A DNA stretch of 64,000 bases from Vicugna vicugna (lineage: Eukaryota), in the NCBI GenBank assembly GCA_013265495.1, contig MU057448.1:26181-90180 (forward strand), given 5' to 3'. The number at the start of each line of letters is the position of its first letter. Positions within the stretch are counted from its first letter, which is position 1. Shown one piece after another: positions 26,901 to 41,900 of the stretch. The position numbers were made by a program, and so were the translations under genes. The notes under the pieces were generated by a model. That model was given only the letters and a program-made list of their open reading frames with translations. It was not told where the DNA came from and ran no database searches.

Positions 26901-29900
26901 AGGGCTTCTGACTCTCTGAGTCTTACATCAAACCAAAGCTACTTCTCTAGGATAAATATCTAAACACAAGTGAAGCCTTCTGTTTCCCTAATGGTGAATA
27001 AACTAAAGGTAAAGAAGGTCAAATTTACAGAGCTCTTCTTAGAAAATCAGGAGACTATTTGCTTCTGCAATAATTTTTCTTTCTTCTTCATGGTGTTTAT
27101 AACAGTAATGGATATGAAATAGCAGGGAAATACAGTGAACTTTTTTATTAAAAATAAAATACTGATCAATAAATTATCACTAAGTATAGATTATGGCATA
27201 TCTATCGCTATATTCGAAAGCTCCTTGTACTGAAATCGGATACCACATGGAGCAGAGCATTACTTTTTATCAGACGTAGGAGAATGACAGCTGAACTACG
27301 GTTTCTGAACTGGCTAGACGTTTTCCTCCTTACCATCAGTGGAAAAGATAAACTAACCTCTCCATTCATCTATCAAAGGAGTGAGATCACTGCCAGAAAC
27401 TACACTGCCTGCTGTTAGTAGCAACAGTTTTGAGATAATGGGAAGTTCATCAATTCCTATGGGAAATATGAACAGCCTCTCTTTGGATGAGGCCATTGTG
27501 AATGTCACTACGTCACTGTTGCCGGCAAATGGATTTGAATTCAAAATGTTGCTTTATCCAATGGACCAGAAATGAAACCCCCAGAAAATATATTTACATA
27601 TATAGGCTTTTAAAACTCTCTATACTTTCTGCACCTATAGTATTGGTTTTTACACTACATAAATATACAAATTCATACACACACGTTTGAAAATGACTAA
27701 AGAAAATACCTCAGCATTCATTTTCTTATTAGCCTTTTCAGCCTCCTTTTGTTGGGAAAGTTGATGGGCCAGGATTTCATCTTGTATTACTCTGGCATTC
27801 TGCGCTCGAGAAAGTTGTCTCTGAGTGTCATTTCGCTCTTCTAAAACCTGGAGACATTATTTCATTAGGTTTTGGGTTTTATACCATGAAAAAAAGTAAA
27901 AAAAAAGCTTAGGAGGGGAATCTTTAAAAAAAATTTTTAAAAACTGTTAAAAAGAAGTAGCCTTTTTAAGCACAGTGATCTTTATCACACATAAATAACT
28001 CAAATTCTAATATATATGACAGCTAAATTTATCGCAGAACAAATGTAGTTTCATGAAAGAAAACTTTTTTTAACACTATATAAATTGAGTTATAGTCATT
28101 TTACAATGCTGTGTCAAATTCCAGTGTAGAACACAATTTTTCAGTTGTACATGAACATATATATATATTCATTGTGACTTTTTGTTGTTGTGAGCTACCA
28201 CAAGATCTTGGATATATTTCCCTGTGCTATATATAGTATAGTTTTGTGTATCTATTCTGCATATGCCTGTCAGTATCTACAAATTTTGAAATCCCAGTGA
28301 AAGAAAATTTCTTTGTAAGGCACTTAACCAGTTCCATCACAGTCTCAAGGCATTTAGCTGAGATTTTAACTTCAAAAAGCCAAAATTAACACATGGATTT
28401 GAATTAAAAGACTTGTTACTTTGTTGAATGGACCAAAACCCTCAATCCTTATCTTAATGATTAAGCTCAATTTAACTTCCATTCCTTCATTCAGAAGACA
28501 CAGAGCATCTATTAGATGCCAAGAACACCAAGAAATTAGTAAGTTAAGCTCTAAATGTCATAGCTCATATTTAGGATGAGATAAATTTTATTTGTTTTAA
28601 ATGAAAATATAGAGTAATTCAAAAGATTATTATAAATAATATTGATGAAACAGTGTTACAGATATGAAATTTTCACCTAAGACTAATAATTTACCTGATT
28701 TGGTTTATTCTTTACGCTCTTCAGTTTGCATTCTAGTGCTCGGGCAGTGCTTTCAAGTTGTTTCAGGTAAACTTGCTCATTGTATTCTTTCTTTTTTCTT
28801 TTTAATTCATCATTACTTTTATCATATAATATATAAGCATTTTTCTTCTTCTTTGTTTCTTGTTTTGATGTGAATCTGCAGTGAAATATGCTTACCTTAA
28901 AATTTATTTTGTTAGAAAATAAAAAGTTCACTTTATGATCTGCCTGATCATAAATTTCTTTAAACATGCTGATTTATTACCCTAATGGAATTTCTATGTT
29001 CTCAATTTTTTTTTCATTTCTAAGTCTCACATTTTAAATTCCTCACTTCAATCTCTTCATAAAGAGAGATCTATATATATATATATATTTGAAAAGTAGC
29101 AATGAAAAGACATGATGCTACTGAGTTTCAGTCAAGAGAACTTCTGGTGAATAGTGTAGGAAAGAAATTTTGCAATTATTCAGTAAGGTTTGAATTGAAA
29201 ATTACCCTTTTTTCATCACATAGTCATAAATTACTCCTTCATTAAGACAGAGAATTAAGTTACTAGTTAAAAGAGAAGTTGCTATTTAGAAACAAGTTTG
29301 TAAGTTCATGAGATAAAATTTCAGCTTCATGAAGTATTACAGGGACTCCTACATGATCTCCAGTGGAAGATAACATCCACAGGTGTCTTTTCCAGAACAC
29401 AGATCGGCTAACTAGCATAATCCAAGGCCAGGCTGGGGAGTGTACTAGCTGATGCCCTACACTTTATGTTTCTTCCTTTGAAACACTTTGAATGTAACTT
29501 GTTGAATATTATTTATTTAGTAAATCATTTTTAAATCCCTTTTGGTACAAGGGAGGATCCATATTAAGTAATTAAAAAATGAAGAGTAATCCGTGCTTTC
29601 AGCATAGGCCTTTGAACTAATCTTATCTCTGCATGAGAGAGATGCTAAATAAACTAACCAGTAATCACTTTCCATTTTACTTTTTAGTCCATCCATTCAT
29701 ATGTTAAGAATCAAACTGTATAAATTTTTTTATAAAGTTTCTGCCTTGAGAAAAATGGTCATTTCATAATTCTGCAAGTGGAAATGTAAAGTAATATAAA
29801 CTTTCTGGAGGACAATTGAGAGATAAGGATCAAAGACTTTTTTTAAAGAAATATTGAATGAGGAGATATATATATATATATATCGCTGTGTTATTTCCAA

Positions 29901-32900
29901 GAGTCTCATATTCCACAATATTAATGAAATTATCTCCCCTGTAAAGTCCCAAAAGGTAAGTTAGCTATTGTAAGACTTCTCCTACATACCTACAGTATTA
30001 AAGTAAATATAAGGAGTTCAGATGTCTTTAAAACCAAGAAAGTCAGTACCTCATGCTGCAGAGCTCTTGTCCCCAATCCACATTTTGATGTTTTAACTGT
30101 GATTTTGCTTCTCTTGTTTTCAACAGCTCTGTTTGTAGCCGGTTCACCTTACTTTCCATTTTTTTAATTTTTCCTCTAAGTAGTTCACCATCAGATTTTT
30201 TAAGTTGTATTGATCTGAGTGAATGAACTGGATCCTGAATTTTCAATAACCTATCAGAATCTACATTAGGAAGAAAACAAAAATAGAAACAAAATATATG
30301 AATAATTTTTGTGTATAAAGGACTGTGCATTTTCACATTCATTCATTCATACATTGAACAAAAGGATATTGAGCATCTATAACATGGAAGACATTCTTCT
30401 AAACTCTGCAGATATTAAAAGAATGACAAAGTAATATTATGAACATTATGCAAATAAATTTGACAATTCAGATGAAGTGGGTAAAATTCCTTGAAAGAGA
30501 GAAATTACAGAAGCTCAATTAAGAAAGAATAAATAAGCTAAAAAGCCCTATATCTTAAAATCCAAAACGAAAGTCCTATTTAAAGACCTTAAGACAAAGA
30601 AAATTCCAGTCCCAATGGTTACACTGGTGAATTGTATGAAATATTTTAGGAAAATTTAATACCAATTCTATACAAATTCTCCTCAAAAAATGAAGAGGAA
30701 TAAATATGTCCTCATTCTATAAAACTAACACTACCCTGAATCCAAAACCAAAGATATTACAAGAAAGAAAACTAATGTCATGAAAATGGAGGTAAAAATT
30801 CTAAACAAAACATTAGCAAATTAAATCCAACAATACAGAGTAATTCATCATGGCCAAGTGGGGTGTTTCCCAAGAATGCAGGGCTGTTTTAACATGTAAA
30901 AATCAATGTTATTCATCACATTAACAAACTAAAAAGAAACCACATGATCATGTCAGTGGATAAAAAGAGGCACTTGCCAAACCTCAACATCTATTCCTGA
31001 TAAAAACTTCCAGCAAACTAGGAACCAAGGGAATGTCTTCACTATGACAAAGATCCGTGCTAAGCCTACAGCTGACACCATATGCAATGGTGAAAAACGG
31101 AATGCTTTTCCCAGAAGTTGAGGAACCGGACAGGAATGGCTTCTCTTACTCCTATTCAGCACTATACTGGAGCCAGTGCAATCAGGCAAAATAAAGAATG
31201 AAAAGACATCTAGATGGGAAATGAAGAGGTAAAACTGTCTGCTAATCAGCGGGAAATATAATTACATGGAGCGAGTCAGCTAACTCCAACCTGTGGGCTG
31301 GGATGCTTGCTTTGGTAAATAAACTTTTACTGAAATACAGCCACATCCATTAACTTGTGTATTGTCTATGGCTACTCTGGTTGCAACAGTGACAGAGCTG
31401 ATCAGCTGTGACAGCGAATGTAATTATTGGGTGCAAGTCTTAAATGTGAACTATCTTTAGTAACACAGTAGTTTAAAGAAGAAAAAGCGTGACCACTTTT
31501 GGTTACATAGAAAACCTGAGAGAATCCATAAAAAGGCTACTAGAACTAATAAATTAGTTCAGTCAGGTTGGAGGGCACAGAGTCAGCATACAGAAATCAA
31601 CTGTATTTCTATCATCAGAAACTAAAATTTAAATTATTTTAAAACAAACAAATAAATAAAAATACACTACTTACAACCACACTGAAAAATAAGAAATACA
31701 GGTAAACATAAAAGATGGAAAGACCCAGACACTAAAAACTCTTGAAATATGACTGAGAAAATCAAGGAAGACACATAAATGGAGAAATAAACTTTGTTCG
31801 GGGTTAAAAATTTCATATTGTTAAGAAGTCAATTCTCCCCAAATTAATCTACAGATTCAACATAATGTACATCTAATTTCCAGGACACTAGCTGACTTTT
31901 TATTTTTTTTACATTGACAAGCTGATTCTAAAATTCATGTGGAAAGAAGGGTAAAAAAAGGAAAGAAGGGTAATAAAAGGAAACAAGAGGAAGCCAGAGG
32001 ACTGTGGCCTTTAACCACGGAGGTATGAGAAGCAGGAGCTGGATTTTAGGCAAGGAGGTAACAAAGACTCGAATTTTAAAAACTATCTAGTAATCATGGT
32101 TGCAGTGTAGACTAAGGTTCCAGGAGCTGGAGCGGCGGAGAAGAAAGTCCTGAGGTGATTTCAGTGTTCTAGGAGGGAAGTAGTGATAACCTGACCTTGG
32201 GTGAAGGCGTAGGAGCAGCAGAGTCAACAGAAAGCACAGGGAGTGGAAACGGGCACAGCCTCTGGCTAGCAGCGCACAACTCGTCTGATTCTGCTTTAAC
32301 ACAGAGCAGGTTTCTGAGATGCAGTGGGCTGTAACGTAGCCGTTCTCCCTGGGGCAGCACTAGGTGCTCACACGCTACCACGAGACACTTAAAAAGGCTG
32401 TGTGGTCACACGGGGGTCCTACCTTTACTCTCCGGGCCAAGTTGTTCGATTAGCCTCAGGGTATTCTTACAGTTAGGGTAAAGTGACTCGCGATCCTCGG
32501 AAGCTGTCTCCTGTGACAGAGTTAAGTCATCAAGGCCATCCAAAGAATTAATCTTCTCTTTGACCTACAAATACATAATGCTATTTCACAGTGTCTCCAA
32601 CATAGTTAGAAAATATGCTCAGTGTACAGAGGTGATAAATATCCATCTTTTTATGAGAGCAAAAACACAGACACTTCTCGAAAGAACTGATTTTTGTCAA
32701 AAGTATAACTTTATCAATAGTGTTTCTAAATTATTTTTAAGTAAATGTCTCTACAACAAAGGAGAATTTTCTGTTTTTCCACTCTATGTTTTATAATTTT
32801 TTTTACTACAGGAAAATATTTTTATAATTAATATTTTACTATACCTTGTCCTTTTTAGTAGACATTTTCTTTGAAGACCTGTAAAAAGAAAAAAGCAATT

Positions 32901-35900
32901 CATTTGAGCCAAACACTAAATATTGAAAATACAAGAAATATGTGAATCTATTATTTTTATATAAAATCTTTGCATTCATAATTAATTTTCAATAAAAGGG
33001 ATTAAACAAAAAATTGAAACAGTAACATTAAAGGACAAAGAAATCATATCAATAATATTATTAACAGTATTAAATTTAGATCAAGTGGACAAGCAAAGGA
33101 AAAGGAAGAACATAACATTACATGTATTATTTGATAGGAAAAAATACACCAGGATTTTCTTGTTGTTGTCTTTTTCAATAAAAACTGGCTTTTATGGCAA
33201 TAAAACCTATTTGGAAAGTATTACTTAAGTCCTTATATGAAAGAAACCCTTTTCTAATAACCATGATACTAGCTTTTTTGAGGACTTAGTATGCAACTGC
33301 TATGCATTACTACCAGCACTTTACATGTCTTAAAGACATTTTAAGCCTCACAAAAATCCTGGGAGGCAATAATACATTAGGTACTTTACCCAGGAAGAAA
33401 CTGAGGCACAGAAAGGCTAAGTCAGTTGTCGAAGCCCCTATGTCTGCCCAGAATTCCAATCCAGGCAATCTGGCTTCAATACTTGCATTTCACAATATGC
33501 TAAGAAAGTAATATTTATTTTTAAATATTTTAACTAATGTAGCAAATGAATCTCTATTATTATTCTATGTCTAGGTATAATTACAAATAACAATTTCTGG
33601 GGCATATGTCCAGAAGGAACCCTACTTCAAAATGACACCTGTACCCCAATTTTCATAGCCGCACTATTTACAATAGCCAAGGCATGGAAACAGTCTAAAT
33701 GTCTATCAGCAGATGACTGGATAAAGAAGAGGTGGTATATTTATACAATGGAATAGTATTCAGACATAAAAACCAACAACATAACGCCATTTGCAGCAAC
33801 ATGGATGCTCCCGGAGAATGTCATTCTAAGTGAAGTAAGCCAGAAAGAGAAAGAAGAAAACCATATGAGATCACTCATATGTGGAATCTAAAAACAAAAA
33901 CAAAACAAAACAGAAATACAAAACAGAAACAGACTTATAGACATAGAATACAAACTTGTGGTTTCCAAGGGGGCAGAAGGTGGGAAGGGACAGACTGGGG
34001 TTTCAAAATGTAGAATAGATAAAGAAGATTATACTGTATAGCACAGGGAAATATATGTAGGATCTTATGGTAGCTCACAGAAAAAAAAAGTGACAATGAA
34101 TATATGTATGTTCATGTATAACTGAAAAATTGTGCTCTACACTGGAATTTGACACAACATTGCTAAACAACTATGACTCAATAAAAAATGTTAAAATAAT
34201 AATAATTTCTGAATCTTAACACCTATTTTTTAAAACTAAAACGACTTCAGACCTAGGCAATCCTGGAAATCTACTTTTAATAAAGATTTGCTTTTGCTAA
34301 AGACATTACTCAGCGGACATTCATTATCCATTCAGCTCTTTGTTCATGCATTTGACATGTCTTTATGGAGCATGACTGCTTTTTAAATTTAGAACTTAGT
34401 AATCCAAAAGTAACCATCTGTGATAGATTGTTAATAGTTTATTATTCTATTGTACATAAACAAAATCTTCCCCGTCTTCCTAGGATCTAAACAAATATTA
34501 AGTTAATATAATCTGATATTTTACAATAGCATACAAAACCATAGCCAGTCATGATGATACTGTCAAGGACACTATAAAATCTAGAATCAAGGCATGATTA
34601 AACCCTATTCAGTAGGGCCTAAGTGTTTGTATAGTTACAATGAGTATACAATTTTTAAAAACCTATGGACAATGGTGTAACTTTAAAGTCATTATCTGCA
34701 TATTCAATTGTGTAAGAATATTACACTTCAGAACTAATGAATAAGCCCTTACAACAAAACCATACATGAATAGTTTACTACAATATTTTAAAGATAACAC
34801 AGTACAATCAATACACTTTCTAATATCAGAAATGCAAACAAGATTAAATTGAAAAACACGTCTTCTATGGAATCACATCCAACAGCATACAGACATGCTC
34901 TACAAACTACCATCTCATCATTAAAAATAGAAAAGGAACCCCCACAAGCCCCACGTTCCCCTTCAGTTATCGCCCAGTCCTCTCCTGCCTTCCCAGGGAA
35001 TGTCCTCTGAAGGGCTGTTCACACTCACTCACTACAGCCCGGCTTCCATGGGGACGTATTATTGAAACTACTTCTGGTCAAAGGCACTTGTCATCATCTT
35101 AACCTTTCGCCAGTGTTCCTCCGATACAGCTGAGAATTCTCTTGCCTTGGCCTTTGCACTATATGCTGCTGTTCTATTTCCAGAGCAGGTAATCACTGCT
35201 AATACGTCTTCACCTAGAAATAATCTGTAGATTTTACCTGCCACCACCTTGACCTCTTTCACTTAAACTGCTGCTGTCATTCATGTGTAGGAGACCACCA
35301 GCCAGTGAGGCAGTCTTTGCAAATACACGTGAAGTCACAGACGCTTTTAATGTCCATTTTCCACTTTCACTCTTGTTTACTTTCTTCATATGCAAGCCAA
35401 GACAGCTACTTTAAAACAATCCATAAAAAATGCCGATTTTTAAAAAATAATTCTACTGATAAATAAAAAAATTTTTTGTAAAATTCCAACCCTTACCCAT
35501 CTTCAATCATTTATTAATTCACAAAATGGTTATCAAGTGCCAACTATATGCAAGGAAACACAAATTCTTGCTTCAAAGACAGATATACAATTATGATAAA
35601 ATGTGATATGCAAGAGCTGACATATGGAAAGTAAAGTGAGCATAAGGACGGCTTTACAGAAGAGGGAAATAAACAGGAGGTCATGAGCAAAAGAGACATG
35701 AGGAAATTATTCTACTTAAGAGATCAGAATGTGAGCACAAAGATTAGGCACATGGCATTTAGGTGTGTCCTAGGAACCTGGAAAGAAGAGTACAAAATAC
35801 ATGGAAGCAAGTAGAGAGATGAGTCAGGAAAGAAATTCTGAACAATATCTAGGAAAATAGTAATTACCTACTGCTGAATACTGATCTAGGCTTACCTATC

Positions 35901-38900
35901 AGAATCTCCTTTCTGCAGAGCAGGAAACTGCTGGTCATCAGTTTTTCCCCTCTTCCTCTGCCGAGTTAATCCTTTATGATAGCTGCCATCACGCATGGTT
36001 TCTGATCCTTTCAGTTCACTTTTGCTCCTGTTCTCTTCTTCTTCAACCTTTAATGAAAGTTTGATACAAAGGGTAATTATTGCTTTATTCATTATAAACA
36101 CTTTGTTTTCACTCATTTTATCATTTGACTCAGAGTTTGCCCTGATTTCAATTGATTAAAATATTTTTGTGCTTATTTTAATTTTTATCATTTCAAGTCA
36201 TTGAAATGTTTGTAAATTCTGCTTCTTTCTGTTTGAGGAAAAGAAACGAAATTTCCAAAATTTCAAAAAGGACTTTCTGAATGTTGTGCTCTTATATCCA
36301 CTCTTCCTCATGTGAATGGCAGAGACAGAGAAATAGAAAGACAAAGGCATAAAATTTGTCCTCTTCTGTCTTTACCACCTAGATTTTGCATTAAACAGCC
36401 AGATTTAGAGGATGTCACACCTTGGTGCTTCAGTAACAGACAGGAAACATTCTTCTTTCTGTGCTAAAGCTATCCTTTCCCCACTAATTTTTATGATTCT
36501 TGTTTCATTTGGATCCTGGGGTATCAAAAAGTGGTGTTTAATAAAATATATAAACCCAAGTTTACCAAAAGGAGCAGAGTGAAACTGATGAATTCCCAGT
36601 AAGTGTGGAATTCTGCAGAAGGAATAATGCTTCCCAGTTTCACATTCAATAACCATGACCATTTTATAGCTAGATGGCATAGGAGTAATGAGTGATCTAC
36701 TTTAGCCCCACTGTTTACTGATAATGGGAATACAACCAAGAAAGGTTAAGTGATTTGTCCAAATTCCCTAAAGCAGTATTCCCCAGCATTTTAGTGTCAG
36801 AAAAGATGATACAATTCTATAACACTGAATCTAATAAACTACCAAATAAATTAATCAAATTGATCAGATAAGTTAAAAGTGTGACTTTGGCAAAGTTGGG
36901 GGCAGGGCTCATCTCGTTTTTCTATTAAAGGAGAACACCTTCAGATTTCTATCTTTAACACTCTGCACCTCACACAAAAGAACACACACATTTTAAAAAT
37001 CTATTACTAGAAGTAAAAAAAAAATCATTCAGTGCATCTCAAAACTCAAGTTTTCTCCTTTGGAGATAAATACTGAATTTTTTTTGCTGAGGGTTCATAC
37101 TACCTATATGATAAAATCATACATGTCAAAACTTACTACATTTTATTAAATAATATAATGTAAGTGTCTTCCTCAACAGAAACACCCGAAAGTGGTGATT
37201 CAAGAATATGTGGGAGCACATGTATTTGTTTCTAAGAATATCTCAAAGCGGCCATGATGGAATTCTAAGTGTCCAGTGATCAGTAAGACAGATAAGCCCA
37301 CACTCACTAATGCACAATACAGGATCAGTTTAGTGAGACCGTGTGCTTATGTCCCTTCTCTCAATCACTGCTTCCTTCCCGTTCTATGGAAGTGCAACTT
37401 ACACTTAAGCCAACAGATTAAAACAAACAAATGAAAACCCTTGAGCTTATTATATTTCCTAAGCCATTTCAATTTTGTTTATTCTGGCTCAGAAGGTCAG
37501 GTGGCGCACAGCTGAATTACTTTCCCACTTCATACGAAAGACTGGCACAGAGACTTAGGTTGATTAAGGAACAAAACCCAGGAAAATACTTCCCTGAGTT
37601 CCTGTTATTTAGATGGCAGAAATAGTCCATTTCTACATGATTACATATTTAGATGACCCCATTTTATACATAGGCTATTTTCATAAGTGGAAAATCAGAT
37701 CAAATATGGATCAGAATGGAAGAGATTACTGATAAAGAGAAAAAGCAGAGTAGCAGCAAAGGAACCTCTACCTCTTTCTGAAGCTGAATTTTCTTTTTCC
37801 AAAGCCAGGAATTCTACTTGTAACATGCCTACCTCATTTTTAAACCTTTGCATTCCTTGGTGTGACTCTTTTAGATATACTTTGTATGTTCTGTTACCAT
37901 TTGATGGAGAAGAACTCACATTTCCTAATTCAGGGTCCGTGTTTTTAGAGTTACTAGCACTGCAGTTATCTGCAAGCAATGGCTTCTGGAGCTGGTCTTG
38001 CATTGGTTTGGTTTTCTTGTAAGTATTTGAAACAGCAGACATATAGTGACTTTTTATTTGAATCATGTGTTTTCATCTCACTGGAGTGGGCAAGCCACAA
38101 ACCAAAAAGGCTTTTGGATCACTTGCCTGAGGTGTATGTCCAGTGTCTGATTTCCAGTGAGTATTTTGGTTCCTTTTTTGTATTCTTTTTGTAGCAAGTT
38201 CTTGTTCTTCTTTCACTTTAAGTGGAACTCAGTTCCTTACTTCATTTTCTCTATCATTACAAAAACTCTCCTCATTTGTGTTAAAAACATGTTCAGTGTC
38301 TGGTTTATCATTTTCATCTAACTTATTTTCATTTAAATAAAGTTTTGAAGATGACTGACAACCATACTTTCTTGACTCAGACTTGGAATAAGATGGAAAA
38401 ATATTTTCAAGACTGGGCTCTTTGTGTTTAGAGACTGCACTGGCTTTGGAGTCATTCAGGATGTGGATTCAAGTCCTGGGTCTGTCATTTACCAACCTAC
38501 ATCTTCTCATGGGGTGAGGATTATGAGAGATGACCTCAGGGGTCCCAAAATGTTACTTTCTTTACCCCTCATTGATTATTATACAAACACTATGGTATCC
38601 ACTAGATGACTTTCTTGACCAAAATCATCTAGAACAAAAACTTATCCCTGATAGTTTAGAGTCCTATGAAAAAACTAACATTAAGAAAGTTAAATTAATT
38701 GTTATATTTTGAAATGTGCTTGCATGATTTATATACGTGTGAATGATCTCTCATGGGGGAAATATGAGAGTTTACTTTTTAGCAGTATCTTATTTGGATG
38801 AGTTAGAACAGCAAACAGTATAAGCTACTTGTATTCCATTCGCCAAAAAGCTAAAGACAAATGATTGTTCAAATTCAGCTACTTCTAAGAAAAAGGAATA

Positions 38901-41900
38901 AAAACAAAAGTAATTCTGAGGGGCAGTGACTCATGAGTGAAAGCCACACACACAGTAAATAGAAAGCTGTCACTAAATATGTTCAGAGGCAGAGTGAGAC
39001 GGACTGAAAGAACAGACACTGAAGAAGTGTTTTCTGCAAAGAAATACTAGGTTTGGGGCAAATTATTTAAAAAAAGAGGGGAGGAGGAAGAAAAAAATGA
39101 GACATGACTAGTCAAGTACAAACTTAAGGCAAGAAAAAAAGGAAAATGTAAATATAATAAGGTATGTGGAGAAATATATATATTAGAGCATTTATATATA
39201 ATGGATCAAGGATGTATCAGTATTGTTAGGGATATACAATGAGTGAAAGCCTCTGTTTTACCTTTTTATTATATACATAAAAATATGTAAATTATATATG
39301 CAAGTATATATATTATTCTTCAGCAAATTTTATAAAAATATCAAAATATATGATATATAAAACATATATATACAACAAAGGCCTTTTTTCATAGTATATC
39401 TCCAATAATACTGACCTTTATTACTCTACAACTGTTTGTTGGTAAATACTAATATAAGTAAGACTTAAATTTTGTCACTGTAAGTCACTCAATTGAACAT
39501 GGTCATCTCTCACTTCCTGAACGCTGCAAATTATTACTAGAGAGAGAGAAAAATAGATTTTAGAAAGTTCCTAACACATCAGCTTTCCATCTAGACAAAG
39601 AACTGGTAATCAGGATTCTAAGGGTAATAGATAGCTTGAAAAGATATATTTAATGGAACATGAGAGGGGGCTAAAAGGTTAAAAAGTTTTCATCTCAAAA
39701 AAAGTTTTCAAATTCTAAGCTCACAGTTGGTGGATACTGAAAAACAGACTGTAACCTTTTCCTATTTATCATATACTTCTTATCTATTTCCTCAGCATTT
39801 ATGACATATTTCCTCTCATAACAACTGAACTTTTACAACCTAAAACAAAGGGAATAGAAATTTAAGTCATATTTTTAGAATTCAAATAGATTTCACTATG
39901 ACATAGTATGCATATTATATTACCTGTATCATCAAATAGATTTCATTATGTTAGAGTGTGCATGTTATATTACCTGCAGCATGATGCAGAATTCCATGTC
40001 TCTTCATGCATTCACATTCAAAAAATACTAAAATGCTTCTTACATTAAAGACCTTATTCTAGGTGCTCCAGGAAATGCACAATTACGTTCCCTAATCTCT
40101 AGCGGTGTATACTGATGCAGGCGCTATAAAATGAATATGGAAATAACTATACTACAAAATATCTGAAACTTGAAATTTTAGAATGGGACACGAGGACTGT
40201 ACATACTTTTAAAAACTATAATACAAAAGAATTCTGAAATAGGTTTCATCATATGGTTGTTATTAAGAGTCTACTTTTAAAGCTGGCTGTTATTTCAGGG
40301 AAAACATTCTTCAGTTAGATGCAGAGTTTTGAATATACTCGTAATGGGATAATTTAGAAAACACAGAGGAATCTCTTTATAATATGGAATTTGAGAAACA
40401 GAATTTTAATTTCTAAATTTCTAGAATTTCAAGTATTATTTTAGTCTTAATGCAGAACCAGAGATAGAAATAAAGTAAAAAACAAACAAACAAAAAACCC
40501 TCTTTCCTTAAAACTCTCTGATACCAAAATAAAAAGTGTCCAAGGGGGAAAAAAAGACACATGTTACATAGTTTTGGAACTGAAAGGCCCAAAGGAAGAG
40601 TTCATGATTATCACAGTAAGTAGCTGTGTGCACTGAAGATGTCCCTGAGGCACAAGTATTATACAAGTGCTATTAGTGTGGTTTAAAAGTCAAAGAATCC
40701 TTATCCTTGGCCAAGCTTCACACTTCCTCTGTTGTGGGAAATCTTTTAACAGTACAATTTTCCTGTCACGATCTATTTTCTAGTCTATTTTGCTTCAGCC
40801 TCATATTCAGTATTTACAAAAGTAAAAAAAAGAAAAAATTCAACCTGCCATATTTTTATAAAATGGTTTACTCTGACCAACTTTCTAATACAAATGTAAA
40901 ACAATTATAGGCAGACCATTGCTAAATTTTAAGAGTAAATACTATGAAAAACTAAATTCAGAGCAGAAAAATTAATTTCACAAGAAAACACTTTACCTTG
41001 GCAGCAACATCTAAGTCATCATCCGATGGAGGCCGTGAATCTTCAATATCATGTTTGGGTGAAATACTTTGGAGCAAAAATACACATCAAAAATCAGTGA
41101 GTTCATTTCTTTAAACAAACAAAAGTCACAAAAGTCTATGCTGAGGGATAAGAAAGCAGATTTGGGAGCCAGGCAGCCTGATGGTGAAGTCACAGGTCAA
41201 CTACTTGTTAACCATGGAAGTCAGCTAGTCAACCTCCTTAAACCACAGCTGCCTAATTAACAGTAAGCTATAACAGCACAGCTACTCTGCAAATCTGTTG
41301 TGGTGACTGTTTGAGGTAACAAATGCCAAGTACATAACACGGTGTTTAACCCAGAGTAGGACTCTCAACAAGCCTTGTTTCTTTTCTCTGTGTTCCCTCA
41401 GTCAACATGTAATTTTTAAAAATCCATAAAATCCTACCTGATGACATCACTCGGTGAAAACTCAACCACTACATCTGCTATTAAAGAAAAAAGTAAAATA
41501 GATTTATATCAGCAATATGAAAATACAGAATATAAAAAGTGTATAAGACCAATGTTCTGTTAAAAAGCATTCCTTTGGGACCACACCTGTAGACTACACA
41601 CTTAAGTGAACACTGAGTATACTCCTGGTAGGTAATTAATGCATAAAAACCACTTTCCCTCCTTCATATTTATAAAAAAAAAAAGTGTTTATCCAAATTT
41701 GATATCTTGAAGTGAACTGCTGTTTACAAGGACCAAAATCCCAACCAAACTTTCTGAGACTCACAAAAGAATGACAATCATTAGTAGAATCAGTATCATA
41801 ATCTGACAAAGTCAAACTTACATAGCGTGGTGTTTCTGGACGACACCCATGGGACTAACCCACCCTGCCATTTGGCTTTGTCAGCCTCATGTTATCTGGG

